NCBI GenBank assembly: GCA_048213135.1
Contig: PS015010.1
Span: 1,488,001-1,552,000, forward strand
From: Reclinomonas americana ATCC 50394
Lineage: Eukaryota
Length of the DNA: 64,000 bases
Reading direction: 5' to 3'
Below, piece after piece: positions 19,942 to 31,104 of this stretch. Each line of letters begins with the position of its first letter. Position 1 is the first letter of the stretch. The notes beneath the pieces are model-generated. The model saw only the letters and a list, made by a program, of their open reading frames with translations. It did not search any database and was not told the DNA's origin. Position numbers and translations under genes: made by a program.

Positions 19942-21333
19942 ATGAAGAGTGATAAGCAATTATATACAGCAGAAGATATCCAGGCCTACCTGGACGGTAA
20001 GTTGTCCCCTTACGAACGGCATGCGCTTGAAAAAGCAGCCCTCGATGACCCTTTTCTTGCGGAAGCTATGGAAGGATACGAAAGCATGCCGGATACCGGG
20101 TGGCAATCTCAACTGCAGGAGCTGAAAAACAATTTCCCGAAAAAGAATGAGCCCGCCAAAGTGGTGGCCATGCACGGTAATGCCCGCAGGAATACGTGGC
20201 GCATTGCGGCCGGATTGCTCATCCTTATCCTTGGCGCCGGGGCCGTTTACCTGGTGAACAGGCAAGCCGGTGGCAGCAAACAGCCTTTGGCTAAAACAGA
20301 GATTCCCGTTGCCGATACAGGCAACGTCAACCCCACTCCTGTAACACTTCCTCCTGTTGCCTCCAACAGCACCGTACCGGAAACGCAAAACCCGCCGGTG
20401 ATTGCTTCGGTAACACCCGGCAAAACCAATACGATTACCGTAGCGCCCAATACCGTTACTGCCGACCTGAAGCAGTCCGCAGCCCGCAAGCAGCATATGG
20501 TAAAAGACAATGCCAGCTTTTTCGATACCGCCTATTATAATGATAAGGTGAAAGCCGATGAAGTTGTTGTGAATGCCCCGGCCAGGAGCGCCACCACATC
20601 CGGCACCCTTAACCCCGCCCCTTCCGTTCACCCGGAAAACGAAGCCGTGGTTTTTGCAAAAAAAGAACAGGACCGCATCAGCAGGGAACGGGCCCAGGCC
20701 AATAATGGTGTTGCCCTCAATGCGCAGCAACTGGCTGTACGTAATTTTTCAGCACAGGTAGTGTCTGCCGACAACTCACCGCTGCCTTTCGCTAATATCA
20801 GCGTAAGAAGCGGCAATTTTGATACCTATGCCGACGCTAAAGGCAATGTGCGCCTCGTTTCACCCGACAGCCTCCTTACGGTGGAAGTCAAATCATTGGG
20901 TTACCAGTCGAGGTACTACACACTCCGCAGTAACCAGCCCCTGACCAGGATAACACTGGTGGAAGATAAAAATGCGCAGAAAGAACTCACCGTTGTAAAA
21001 GCCAAAAGCAGCAATGGCAGGTTTATCTCCCGGAGGGCCATGCTGATGCGTGATTCAGTTATGAACGTAGAGCCCGCGGATGGATGGGATAATTACAATA
21101 CCTATATCGCCAATAATATCGATATCCCCGACGATATCCTCAAGAATAACCTGCACGGCGAAGTGGAAGTTTCTTTTGATGTAAAACCCAACGGCAGCAT
21201 TGCCAATATCAAAGTTGACAAATCCCTTTGCGACAATTGCGACGAAGCGGTAAAACGCATCATTGAACAGGGCCCCCAGTGGAAAGTACGTAAGGGCAAA
21301 ACCCCGTCGGGAAAGGTAAAGGTTAAGTTTTAG
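19942..21333 (+). CDS. anti-sigma-like membrane protein with carboxypeptidase-regulatory-like and TonB C-terminal domains
   Basis: N-terminal YL.G.LS..ERHALEK.ALDDPFL, one TM, PLPFANI, C-terminal GEVEVSFDV..NG...CDEAVKRII..GPQW. Confidence 0.8.
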   Translation: MKSDKQLYTAEDIQAYLDGKLSPYERHALEKAALDDPFLAEAMEGYESMPDTGWQSQLQELKNNFPKKNEPAKVVAMHGNARRNTWRIAAGLLILILGAGAVYLVNRQAGGSKQPLAKTEIPVADTGNVNPTPVTLPPVASNSTVPETQNPPVIASVTPGKTNTITVAPNTVTADLKQSAARKQHMVKDNASFFDTAYYNDKVKADEVVVNAPARSATTSGTLNPAPSVHPENEAVVFAKKEQDRISRERAQANNGVALNAQQLAVRNFSAQVVSADNSPLPFANISVRSGNFDTYADAKGNVRLVSPDSLLTVEVKSLGYQSRYYTLRSNQPLTRITLVEDKNAQKELTVVKAKSSNGRFISRRAMLMRDSVMNVEPADGWDNYNTYIANNIDIPDDILKNNLHGEVEVSFDVKPNGSIANIKVDKSLCDNCDEAVKRIIEQGPQWKVRKGKTPSGKVKVKF

Positions 21334-21452
21334 TGTACACAGGAGATAGCTGATCCCGATCCCTTATCCGGTATCTGGCTTCCGGTATCCTGTATCCCGC
21401 ATCTCACATCTTATATCTTCATTACTACATTGGCACATTCTCACATTAGCGG

Positions 21453-21460
21453 TATCTTTG
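21453..21460 (+). promoter_or_regulatory. Bacteroidota -7 promoter element
   Basis: TATCTTTG 16 nt before ATG 21477. Confidence 0.65.
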
Positions 21461-21476
21461 CGCCAAACTAAACAAT

Positions 21477-22310
21477 ATGAAAAAGATATTTCTTCCGGCT
21501 ATCGCCATTGCCTGCCTGGCTTTCAGCGCACAGGCCCAGGTAAAGATGCCGCAACCGTCCTCTACGCAAACCATTAAACAGGATTTCGGCATGGGTTCTA
21601 TCGAACTTACTTACAGCAGGCCGAATGCAAAAGGACGTAAAGTATTCGGTGACCTTACTCCCTACAACAAACTGTGGCGCACCGGCGCTAACGCCGCTAC
21701 CAAACTCGTATTCACCGACGTGGTGGAAATGGGTGGTAAAAAGATCGACACCGGCGCATATGTACTGTACACGATCCCGGGCGTAGACAGCTGGGAGATC
21801 ATCCTCAACAAAGGGCTGAAGAACTGGGGCATCGACGGGTACAAAGAAAGTGAAGACGTGGTACGTTTCAAAGTTGAACCCATGAAAATGAAACAACCCA
21901 TGGAAACCTTCACCATGCAGTTTGCCAACATCAAACCCGAAACCTGTGAACTGCAGCTGATGTGGGAAAAAACAGCCGTAGCCATTCCTATCGCCACCAA
22001 CATCAAAGACCGCCTTAGGGCACAGATTGAAGCGGCGCTCAAAACCGATAAAAAACCTTACTGGCAGGCAGCGCAATTCTATAACGAATACGACAACAAC
22101 CAGGCTAAAGCACTGGAACATATTACCAAAGCCATTGAAGGTAACGACAAAGCCTTCTGGATGTGGGTTTACAAAGCCAAGATCCAGAAAGAAATGGGCG
22201 ACAAAGCAGGCGCTATGGTCAGCTCCAAACGTTCACTCGAACTGGCGAAAGAAGCCAAAAACGATGACTACGTAAAAATTAACGAAGACCTGCAGAAGCA
22301 GTTGAAATAA
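21477..22310 (+). CDS. DUF2911 domain protein with C-terminal TPR
   Basis: Signal peptide; PQPS, YSRP..KGRKVFG.L.PY.KLWRTGAN. Confidence 0.88.
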   Translation: MKKIFLPAIAIACLAFSAQAQVKMPQPSSTQTIKQDFGMGSIELTYSRPNAKGRKVFGDLTPYNKLWRTGANAATKLVFTDVVEMGGKKIDTGAYVLYTIPGVDSWEIILNKGLKNWGIDGYKESEDVVRFKVEPMKMKQPMETFTMQFANIKPETCELQLMWEKTAVAIPIATNIKDRLRAQIEAALKTDKKPYWQAAQFYNEYDNNQAKALEHITKAIEGNDKAFWMWVYKAKIQKEMGDKAGAMVSSKRSLELAKEAKNDDYVKINEDLQKQLK

Positions 22311-22434
22311 TTTGAAGATCCCGCCTTCGGACGGGACAAGTTGTGATAATCTGCCAATGTGATAATTGGCTGTTAAGATGGGGGAAGATGAACTTACCGG
22401 GCTTGCCGGATTTTCATCTTCCCTTTTTTATTTT

Positions 22435-24063
22435 TTATTCTTTGGCAGTTTTCGGAAAGAATACCTGCAGCAATATACTGAACGCAATGACCAGCAGGGC
22501 GCCGATCACATTCAGCCACAGGAAGGAAACCATATCGAGATTGTAAATAGTGATCACCAGCAGTTCACTGATAATCGCCGCGATGAAGACCGCGTTGCCG
22601 CGTACCCACTTCATCCAGAAAGCCACCAGGAAGATGCCAAGGATGACGCCGTAAAAAAGCGACCCCAGGATATTCACCGCTTCAATAAGACTGTTGCCGA
22701 TATTTTGTGCGAACATGGCAATAACAATGCAGAACAGCCCCCAGCCCAGTGTATACCATTGTGATACTTTGTAATCTTCCAGTGGGGTCTCTTTCTTGAC
22801 AAAGAATTTTTTATGAAAATCAATGACAGAGCAGGCAGCGAGTGAATTGAGCGCCGCCGCGATACTACCCCATGACGCCAGGAAAATGATGGCAATGATA
22901 AGACCGATCAGCCCTTTGGGGAGGTAGTCCATCACAAACCGGAGAAAAATGTAGTTATTGTCATTGGTATCCTGCCCAGGCAGGGCTTTTTTCAGCACGT
23001 CATTATATTGTTTGCGCAAAGTCTGCCTGGCGGCATTGTCCTTCCGCTCCTGTGCCAGGTTGAATTGCTGTTCTATATGGTTCAGCGAATCCCTGTACAC
23101 GGTTTGTTTGGCGGCTGTGATTTTTGTTTCGTCGAAATATACCGGTGCTTTGTTATACTGGTAAAAAGAAAACACCAGTATACCAAGCAGGAGAATAAAA
23201 AATTGCATGGGGACTTTTACCAGTCCGTTCATAAGAAGTCCCCTCCTGCTTTCGCCCATGTCTTTTGCCGTAAGGTAGCGGCCCACCTGGCTGTGATCGG
23301 TACCAAAATAACTCAGGGCAAGGAAGAACCCGCCAATAAGCCCGCTCCAGATATTGTATTTATCCTTCCAGTTGAAACCATTATCGGTGAACCCGGTGGT
23401 AATGATGTTCATCTTCCCTTCATGGCCTGCCGCACGCAGCGCTTCTGAAAAACCAGCGCCTTCGGGCAGCAGCCTCACGGCCAGGTAACCTACGATCAGG
23501 AGTGTAACCAGTACAATGATCATCTGCAGTTTCTGCGTATGCGCCACGGCTTTGGCCCCGCCGCTCATGGTATAGATGATGAGCAGTCCGCCGGTAACCA
23601 GGTTGGTATAATAAATATTCCAGCCCATCAGCGAACTCAGCACGATCGAGGGTGCATAAATACTGATACCGGTACTCAGCCCGCGTGATAAAAGGAATAA
23701 ACCGGATGTAAGTGTTCTTGTCTTGAGGTCGAACCTTTCTTCGAGGAATTCGTAAGCTGTATATACTTTCAGCCTGCTGAATACGGGAACGAAAAAGATG
23801 CAGATGACGATCATGGCCAGCGGCAGCCCGAAGTAATACTGCACAAACCGCATCCCATCGCTGTAGGCTTGCCCGGGACCAGTTAAAAAAGTGATGGCGC
23901 TTGCCTGCGTACCCATAATGCTCAGGAGAACGAGGTACCAGGGGAGGCTGCGGTTGCTCAGGAAATAACCTTCCAGGTTGCGGGTGGTATGGCTTTTATA
24001 GATGCCATAGGCGATGATCGCCGCCAAGGTAAGGATCAGTATGCCCCAGTCGATGCCACTCAT
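22435..24063 (-). CDS. sodium:solute symporter
   Basis: IDW, YFLSNR, TQASAITF, GGAKAV, YFGTDHSQVGRYL; multiple TM helices. Confidence 0.93.
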   Translation of the reverse strand: MSGIDWGILILTLAAIIAYGIYKSHTTRNLEGYFLSNRSLPWYLVLLSIMGTQASAITFLTGPGQAYSDGMRFVQYYFGLPLAMIVICIFFVPVFSRLKVYTAYEFLEERFDLKTRTLTSGLFLLSRGLSTGISIYAPSIVLSSLMGWNIYYTNLVTGGLLIIYTMSGGAKAVAHTQKLQMIIVLVTLLIVGYLAVRLLPEGAGFSEALRAAGHEGKMNIITTGFTDNGFNWKDKYNIWSGLIGGFFLALSYFGTDHSQVGRYLTAKDMGESRRGLLMNGLVKVPMQFFILLLGILVFSFYQYNKAPVYFDETKITAAKQTVYRDSLNHIEQQFNLAQERKDNAARQTLRKQYNDVLKKALPGQDTNDNNYIFLRFVMDYLPKGLIGLIIAIIFLASWGSIAAALNSLAACSVIDFHKKFFVKKETPLEDYKVSQWYTLGWGLFCIVIAMFAQNIGNSLIEAVNILGSLFYGVILGIFLVAFWMKWVRGNAVFIAAIISELLVITIYNLDMVSFLWLNVIGALLVIAFSILLQVFFPKTAKE

Positions 24064-24158
24064 GCGTAATATTTACTGATGCAATAAAATACGATGATCT
24101 GCAGCACCAGGAAGAGCAGCACAGCGAGATACCATTTGTTCCAGTAGTGATTGGTCAT
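24060..24158 (-). CDS. 32-aa single-TM protein (not in ORF track)
   Basis: MTNHYWNKWYLAVLLFLVLQIIVFYCISKYYA; its stop overlaps the symporter start (ATGA). Confidence 0.75.
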   Translation of the reverse strand: MTNHYWNKWYLAVLLFLVLQIIVFYCISKYYA

Positions 24159-24250
24159 GAATTGTTGGTATTAAGTATTGAGTAGTAAGTATCAGGACAA
24201 GCCCCTCCAAAATCTACATTTCCTTCCCGGTACTTTATACTTGCTACATG

Positions 24251-26749
24251 CTACTTTTTATCCCTTTTATTAGCAATAAGATTCGCAAACAACCGGTATG
24301 CCCCGGGAACGCCGGCGGGCAGTTCGCGAAAGAAGACCAGCCCGGTATATACAAAACGGCCTTTACCATAATTGCTGATGATAAGACTTCCATCCTGCTC
24401 ACTTTCCCCGGGATCTTTCATGCTGAGAATGCGCTGGTAGTTGCTGTCCACTTTTTCCGCATTGTAAATACTGCGCTCCTGTATCCATCCTTCAAAATCT
24501 TTTTCGGTGATCTTGTTGGGATAGTTAAGTGCACGATGCGCCGGCAACAGGAAATTCACTTTGGCTTCCTCATCGGTGATACGGTTGCGGCTGATGGTGA
24601 AAGGATAAGGTGAGATACGGGCCTTCACCGGGCCGATGGAGTTATTGGTATTGTACTGCACCAGCAACACCCCGCCTTCCTTCACATATTGCATCAGCGC
24701 GTCGTAAGCGCTGCTCAGCCATTCATTGGTATTGTAGGCCCTTACACCGGTAATTACAGCGTCGAATTGCTTCAGGTAAGACGCCGTAAGGTCTGCTTCT
24801 TTCAGGGTTACCACTTTATAACCCATCTGCTCCAGTGCCTCGGGCACACGGTCTCCGGCGCCGGGGATATAACCGGCGAGTTTGCCTTCTGTTTTCAGGT
24901 CGAGGTTGATGATCTTCACCGGGTCAACATGAACGTAAGTAATATCAGGAATATGATCATAACTGATCCGGTGCTGCGCCATGTATTGTTTGTCCGTCAT
25001 TCCTTTGGCGGAGAAGAAGGCATTCAGGGATTCAACAGCGTTCTGTTTCAGTCCCTGGTTACTGATCGCGACAGGGATGGACCGCTTCTCTCCTTTCTGC
25101 AGTTTCACCGCGGTATCCAGTGCCTTTACTTTCGCGTCGCGATAATTATATTCTACCTCTACCTGGTCATTGATATCTTTATTGGCTTGCACCACTACGT
25201 CAACGGTCTTACGCTGGTTGGGCGTTGCACTGTTGAAAAGTAACAAACCGGGTTTGGTGGTAATGAATACCGGGTTGATCACTTCTACCGGCTGGTAAAG
25301 TTCTCCTTTTACCGGGTCGGTGAATTTATAGCGGATGGGCCGGGTGAATTTGAATTCCCTTCCTTCTATCATCATGCTGAACACCACACTCAGCGGGTCA
25401 TTCTCTGCCTTGCCGATCAGCTGCTGATCACGTACATCAAAACTGCCCTTGTCTTTCTGGTATTCGAGCCAGTAAGGCTGTGTGCTTTTGGCATTCGGGC
25501 GCACCAGCATGGTATAGCTTTTCAGCATGTTGGTATTCTTTTTTACCTGGTCAAATATCACAAAGGTATTGTCGAGGTGAGCATCGGCACTGAGTATATT
25601 GGCGCCCAGCCGGTTGTTTACCACCAGGTTGATCTTGAGGCTATCGCCCTGTACGGCATACTGCGTGGTGGTGGTCGCTTCCATGAACAGGCCTGCGCAA
25701 TAAGCAATCAACTCCCTCACCTCTGCCAGTTTTTGTGTTCTCCAGTAACTGTCACTCAGAAGATCGATCGAATTATACAACCTCACCAGTCCGGGTACCG
25801 ATCTTTCCGGGTGGGCCACAGAAAAGCTATCCATTGCTTTATCGATCAGCAATGGGAACATATCCGCATTTCCCTGCTGCTCCTGATTCAACCTTGCCCA
25901 CGATGTATTGATCCCGCTCATCAGGTCGCCTTCGGGAGCCGTGCCTTTGATGGTTTTGAAATACTCGATCACGCTGCCCCGCTGGGCCGGTACGCCAAAG
26001 CCCTGGCTCTTATGCTGGCTGCGGCTGGTGGCAGCGATCTCTCCATAACTTTTTCCAAGATAGGGATTGTACTCGCCGCAATCGATCTTGAACTGGCTCT
26101 CATTCTGGGTATTGGTACTGCCGAAATTGAAAGTATTCCACAACAGGCGTTTGGCCTGCCATACGCCAACACCCTGTTTCAGTTGTTCAGGAAAACGGTT
26201 GGGGTCTGCCGCGGCGTCAAAGGCTTCTTCGGCAAGTATAGCGGAGGCGGTATGGTGACCGTGACCGCCCTCTCCTGTTGTAGGGAAACGGGTGATGATC
26301 ACATCGGGTCTGAATTTGCGGATCACCCACACCACATCGCTCAGTATTTTATCATGTCCCCAGATGCGCATCGCTTCTTCGGGGCTTTTACTGAAACCGA
26401 AATCAAATGCCCGGCTGAAGAATTGCTCGGCACCGTCAACACGCCTGGCTGCCAGCAGTTCCTGCGTACGGATGAGCCCCAGGTCAACACCCTGGTCATC
26501 TCCGATCAGGTTCTGCCCGCCATCACCACGGGTGAGACTGAGGTACCCGGTACGGTATAATTTTTCATTGGCCAGGTAGGCCAGTAAACGGGTATTCTCA
26601 TCATCAGGATGTGCCGCTATATAAAGGACAGAGCCCAGCACATTCAGTTTCTTCATCTTCAGTAACAACTCCGACGAACTGTAGGAAGGCGGCGTTTGTG
26701 CATGGGCGTTATTCGCCAGTAAAATCAATCCGAGTAAAAACCTGCGCAT
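24251..26749 (-). CDS. PIG-L/LmbE family deacetylase
   Basis: Signal peptide from ATG 26749; AAHPDDE, TRGDGGQN, R..ELLAAR, HGHH. Confidence 0.92.
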   Translation of the reverse strand: MRRFLLGLILLANNAHAQTPPSYSSSELLLKMKKLNVLGSVLYIAAHPDDENTRLLAYLANEKLYRTGYLSLTRGDGGQNLIGDDQGVDLGLIRTQELLAARRVDGAEQFFSRAFDFGFSKSPEEAMRIWGHDKILSDVVWVIRKFRPDVIITRFPTTGEGGHGHHTASAILAEEAFDAAADPNRFPEQLKQGVGVWQAKRLLWNTFNFGSTNTQNESQFKIDCGEYNPYLGKSYGEIAATSRSQHKSQGFGVPAQRGSVIEYFKTIKGTAPEGDLMSGINTSWARLNQEQQGNADMFPLLIDKAMDSFSVAHPERSVPGLVRLYNSIDLLSDSYWRTQKLAEVRELIAYCAGLFMEATTTTQYAVQGDSLKINLVVNNRLGANILSADAHLDNTFVIFDQVKKNTNMLKSYTMLVRPNAKSTQPYWLEYQKDKGSFDVRDQQLIGKAENDPLSVVFSMMIEGREFKFTRPIRYKFTDPVKGELYQPVEVINPVFITTKPGLLLFNSATPNQRKTVDVVVQANKDINDQVEVEYNYRDAKVKALDTAVKLQKGEKRSIPVAISNQGLKQNAVESLNAFFSAKGMTDKQYMAQHRISYDHIPDITYVHVDPVKIINLDLKTEGKLAGYIPGAGDRVPEALEQMGYKVVTLKEADLTASYLKQFDAVITGVRAYNTNEWLSSAYDALMQYVKEGGVLLVQYNTNNSIGPVKARISPYPFTISRNRITDEEAKVNFLLPAHRALNYPNKITEKDFEGWIQERSIYNAEKVDSNYQRILSMKDPGESEQDGSLIISNYGKGRFVYTGLVFFRELPAGVPGAYRLFANLIANKRDKK

Positions 26750-26781
26750 AAAATTATTCTTATATTGATACGTTATTGTTG

Positions 26782-29277
26782 TTATTGGCCCACCAGGAAC
26801 ACGGCATTCCCCAGCAGCATTTTGCCATTCTCCCAAAAGCTCCTGAAGATGGGATCATCGGCGAAGAAAACAATATTGCCTCCACCCATAGGCTGCACAC
26901 CCAGCACGGTGCCATCCTTGATCTTTTCCTTTGTCTTGCTGCCAACAAACCCTGCCACCTGTGTTTCTTTTTTGATCACGCCCACATTCCAGCCGTCTTT
27001 CATGAAATCATAAATATCGGAACCCAGTTTAAGACTGAAGTATGTGTCGCCGTAACCAAAGGCCAGCGGGTGCGAGTTGTCGAGTTCGACTTTATAAATA
27101 GCGCCGGGAATATAATTGGCGATACCATCCCTTTCCCGGTTCTCATACCGTTTGATGTCGGTATAAGGATCTTTCTTATCGTCTTTTTTATCCTCGTCCT
27201 CTTTCTTGAATTTAAATCCCCACTCTGCCCGGGCTACCTGCGCCGTGGCATTATCCATAGTGATGATCTTTCCGCCCTGCTGTACCCAGTTCTTTATTTC
27301 CGTGGCGGCGTCTTTATCTTTCAGGAATTTATAATTGCCATCGGGCATGATGAGTACGTCAACATTTTTGAGACTGCTGCCACTCAGACCTTCCGCGTTG
27401 ATGAGGCTGATGGGATAGTTTAACTGCTGATCGAACAGGTGCCACACTTCACCTGCCGCGTTGGGATTAACACCATTGCCGGTGAGGAGCGCTACCGCAG
27501 GCTTTTTGATCAGGTGTACTTTTTCACTGCCGAAATCATATCCCGATTCCATAAAACCTCCGGCAACTTCGGTAACACCTGCATGATACTGGCTGAAAAG
27601 ACCGGCCAGTTCACCCAGCTTGTCTTCATTTCCTTTTTTAAGAATGATAAGGGTGCCCTTTTTAAACTTCATACCATTATAACCAAAGTCCTTTTCAGCA
27701 AAACGTACCCTTACCCCTGCATTTACAGCCGCGGCCAGGAAGCGCACATCCTCAAATGAATTGTAACGGACAAGATAGCCATAGTTGGCAGCCTTTACCG
27801 TTTCACCGGCTTTATCAGCAGGGTAAGCAGCTGCGTTTACCCGTTCCCGCACGGCATAAGTTTGTACGCCAAAAACATAGGGAAGGCTCCATGCGGTAAT
27901 ATCGTAGGTCACGGAATCGCTGAGTTTGGACTGAGGTTCAAACAATACTTTGATCAGCGTTGATTTGGGTTGAAAAGCACTTACCGCCAAAGCATTTCCG
28001 GCAGTAAAAACTTCCTCCTTACCGGTACTGTAATTATACCCTTTCATGGATGTACCGCTGACCTGTCCGTAACGGATGCCGTTGCGGTTGAAGAACTCAC
28101 GTACAGAACGGAGTTTGCCGGTATTGTTATCGGTGATGATGTAGGTTTTAAATTCACCAACACCTGTGGAAACCGCGTCTTCAAAATATTTTTTAAACCC
28201 TTTTACCAGGTCGGCATTATTTTTTGAAGAGGTTTCAATGGTGCTCATGCTTGTGGTGAAATGGTGAGCGATCCTGTCTTTCAATGTAAGCGTATCACCA
28301 TCGTTCAGGGTAACAGCCAGTCCGCCCGGACTGTGCCCGGCCTGTTCATACGTCATGCCGATGGCACCGTTATATATGGGGTACGTATCGCCATAAGCCG
28401 GGTAAAAAAGATCAAACACCTCTTTGGTGAAGTACAGCCAGCCGTTAGCGTCAAAATAGCGGGCATGGTTCTTTCCTATTGTCGTCTGGAAGCTGCGCTG
28501 CCAGGGCGTAATCACTTCATGAAAAGGTTCCGCCGCCGGGGCAAAGTAATAAGGGTTATTAGGATATTGTTCATGAAAATCACAATGCACCTGCGGCATC
28601 CATTCCGTGTATTTTTTCATGCGGCCCTGGGTTTCTACCTGTGTTTGCCAGGCCCAGTCGCGGTTGAGATCAAAATTGTAGTGGTTCACCCTTCCGCCCG
28701 GCCAGGGTTCATCGTGTTCACGGCTGTTGGGATTAGCGTCAGGATTTTTTCCCACCATTTGTGTAAACCAGTTCACATAACGGTCGCGGCCATCAGGGTT
28801 CAGGCAGGGATCGATGATCACTACCGTATTCTTCAGCCATTCGCGGGTCTGTGTATTGGAAGGGTTCAGCAATTCGTACAGCGTTTTCATGGCTACTTCA
28901 GATGAACTGGGTTCATTGCCATGCACATTATAACTCAGCCATACAATGGAGGGCGCATCGGCGCTGCCCGGTTTATCGGTCAGCTGGCCCGCCAGGCGCA
29001 GGTTATTTTTTCTTATCTCTTCCAGCGAAGCCATGTTGGCGGACGAACTCACGATCGCGATCAGCAGGTCGCGGCCTTCATTCGTCTGGCCGTAACGCTC
29101 CAGCTTCATCGACTGCGGGTTGGCCTTAGCCATGGCATCGAAATAGTTCACGATCTTATAATGCTGTGTATAACGGGAACCGAGTTCATAACCGAGGAAC
29201 TGGTCGGGGGATATGGCCTGTGAAAAACAATTAACAATCGTAAAAGTAAAGAAAGCGGCCAGGGCGAATTTTCTCAT
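26782..29277 (-). CDS. M14 zinc carboxypeptidase
   Basis: HGNE, NPDGRDR, NHYNFDLNRDW, DFHEQ; signal peptide. Confidence 0.92.
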   Translation of the reverse strand: MRKFALAAFFTFTIVNCFSQAISPDQFLGYELGSRYTQHYKIVNYFDAMAKANPQSMKLERYGQTNEGRDLLIAIVSSSANMASLEEIRKNNLRLAGQLTDKPGSADAPSIVWLSYNVHGNEPSSSEVAMKTLYELLNPSNTQTREWLKNTVVIIDPCLNPDGRDRYVNWFTQMVGKNPDANPNSREHDEPWPGGRVNHYNFDLNRDWAWQTQVETQGRMKKYTEWMPQVHCDFHEQYPNNPYYFAPAAEPFHEVITPWQRSFQTTIGKNHARYFDANGWLYFTKEVFDLFYPAYGDTYPIYNGAIGMTYEQAGHSPGGLAVTLNDGDTLTLKDRIAHHFTTSMSTIETSSKNNADLVKGFKKYFEDAVSTGVGEFKTYIITDNNTGKLRSVREFFNRNGIRYGQVSGTSMKGYNYSTGKEEVFTAGNALAVSAFQPKSTLIKVLFEPQSKLSDSVTYDITAWSLPYVFGVQTYAVRERVNAAAYPADKAGETVKAANYGYLVRYNSFEDVRFLAAAVNAGVRVRFAEKDFGYNGMKFKKGTLIILKKGNEDKLGELAGLFSQYHAGVTEVAGGFMESGYDFGSEKVHLIKKPAVALLTGNGVNPNAAGEVWHLFDQQLNYPISLINAEGLSGSSLKNVDVLIMPDGNYKFLKDKDAATEIKNWVQQGGKIITMDNATAQVARAEWGFKFKKEDEDKKDDKKDPYTDIKRYENRERDGIANYIPGAIYKVELDNSHPLAFGYGDTYFSLKLGSDIYDFMKDGWNVGVIKKETQVAGFVGSKTKEKIKDGTVLGVQPMGGGNIVFFADDPIFRSFWENGKMLLGNAVFLVGQ

Positions 29278-29389
29278 ATTGGTTAGAAATATATCTCACG
29301 AAAATAGTCAAAAACGGGCTAACGGTTTGTTAATCATATGCGTCCTGAAACAGAAAATTGTAACTTCATCACCAGATTAAAACTCGCCT

Positions 29390-31099
29390 ATGCGCCACCG
29401 GTTCTGTTCCCGCTTTTTTGCCGGGATTGCCATACTGGCATTTTGCCATTTCATCCAGCCTGCCACAGCACAGATCAGCAGGTATCATTACACCATCGAT
29501 AAAAAAGCTGAGGGCAGCAGCGGCGCTGTGGTATCGGCCCATCCCCTGGCCAGTAAGATCGGCCGCGATATGCTGCAGCAGGGAGGGAACGCCTTTGATG
29601 CCGCCATTGCCACACAACTGGCGCTGGCCGTGGTGTACCCGGGAGCAGGTAATATTGGTGGCGGAGGGTTCCTGGTGGCCCACCTGAAAGACGGGCGCAA
29701 CATCAGCATCGATTACCGCGAAAAAGCACCCGCATCCGCATCAAGGGATATGTACCTGGACGCGGCGGGTAATCCGCAACTGAACCTGTCCCAGGACGGT
29801 CACCTCGCTGCAGGCGTACCCGGCACCGTAGCGGGGCTTTTTGCCAGCCTGAAATATGCGAAACTGCCGATGAATACCCTTATACAACCCGCCATCGACC
29901 TGGCGGAAAAAGGATTCGCCATCACCTCTTCCCAGGCCGCTTCCTTCAACAGTCATAAAAAAGAATTTATAGCCCTCAACAATGCGCCCGTAGCTTTTGT
30001 AAAGGACAAGCCCTGGAAGGCCGGCGACCTGCTGGTACAAAAAGAACTGGCTGCAACACTCAGGCGTATACGTGACGACGGGCAGAAAGGATTTTATGAA
30101 GGCGAAACGGCCCGCCTAATCGTGGCGGAAATGCAGAAAGGCAAAGGCATCATCAGCCCCGAAGACCTGAAACAATACCAGGCGGTGGAAAGACCCGTCC
30201 TTGATTTTTCTTACAAACAATACCGCGTTCTGAGTATGCCCCTCCCCAGCAGTGGTGGCATTATTTTACAGCAGATGCTGAAGATGATTGAAAAGAGAAA
30301 TATCGGTGCTATGCAATTCCAGACGCCCGCCAGTGTGCAACTGATGGTAGAAATAGAAAGAAGAGCCTATGCCGACAGGGCCGAGTTCCTGGGTGATCCT
30401 GATTTTGTAAAAGTACCTGTAAAAAAACTGACCAGCGACGATTACCTCGCCGAAAGAATGAAGGATTATGAACCCGGCAAAGCCGGCAGCAGCCAGGTGA
30501 CCAAAGCGGGGCAGGCCAAAGAAAGCGAGGAAACCACACACCTGAGCGTGATCGACGCGTTGGGCAATGCGGTATCGGTAACCACTACCCTCAACGGTTC
30601 TTATGGCAGTCGTACGGTAGTAGGCGGCGCCGGTTTCCTGCTCAATAATGAAATGGACGACTTCAGCGTAAAACCCGGTGTTCCCAATATGTATGGCGCT
30701 GTAGGTAATGAAAAGAATGCCATTGCCCCGGGCAAACGTATGCTCAGCAGCATGACCCCTACTATCGTACTCAAAAACAACAAACCTTATTTAGTGGTAG
30801 GCACACCCGGCGGCACCACCATACCTACCAGTGTTTTTCAAACCATCGTAAACGTGATCGAGTTTGGTATGACACCGGAGGATGCCGTAAACAAACCGAA
30901 GTTCCATCACCAGTGGCTGCCCGATGAAGTATTCGTGGAGAAAGGATTTGACCCCGCCACACAGGAACAGTTAAAGGCCATGGGATATAAACTGTCGCCC
31001 CGCGAAAGCATCGGCCGTACCGAACTGATACAGGTAGTGAATAAAAAGATTACCGCCATTGCCGATAAACGGGGGGATGATGATGCGAAAGCATATTGA
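29390..31099 (+). CDS. ggt: gamma-glutamyltransferase
   Basis: GGNAFDAA, GNIGGGGF, ETTH (nucleophile Thr), NNEMDDF, RMLSSMTP. Confidence 0.96.
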   Translation: MRHRFCSRFFAGIAILAFCHFIQPATAQISRYHYTIDKKAEGSSGAVVSAHPLASKIGRDMLQQGGNAFDAAIATQLALAVVYPGAGNIGGGGFLVAHLKDGRNISIDYREKAPASASRDMYLDAAGNPQLNLSQDGHLAAGVPGTVAGLFASLKYAKLPMNTLIQPAIDLAEKGFAITSSQAASFNSHKKEFIALNNAPVAFVKDKPWKAGDLLVQKELAATLRRIRDDGQKGFYEGETARLIVAEMQKGKGIISPEDLKQYQAVERPVLDFSYKQYRVLSMPLPSSGGIILQQMLKMIEKRNIGAMQFQTPASVQLMVEIERRAYADRAEFLGDPDFVKVPVKKLTSDDYLAERMKDYEPGKAGSSQVTKAGQAKESEETTHLSVIDALGNAVSVTTTLNGSYGSRTVVGGAGFLLNNEMDDFSVKPGVPNMYGAVGNEKNAIAPGKRMLSSMTPTIVLKNNKPYLVVGTPGGTTIPTSVFQTIVNVIEFGMTPEDAVNKPKFHHQWLPDEVFVEKGFDPATQEQLKAMGYKLSPRESIGRTELIQVVNKKITAIADKRGDDDAKAY

Positions 31100-31104
31100 T
31101 TTGA

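Noticed and set aside
25577-26560. Long antisense ORFs (327 aa here; also 19960-20730, 34782-35516, 60623-61396)
   Set aside because: Shadows of well-supported genes on the opposite strand with no recognisable motifs.
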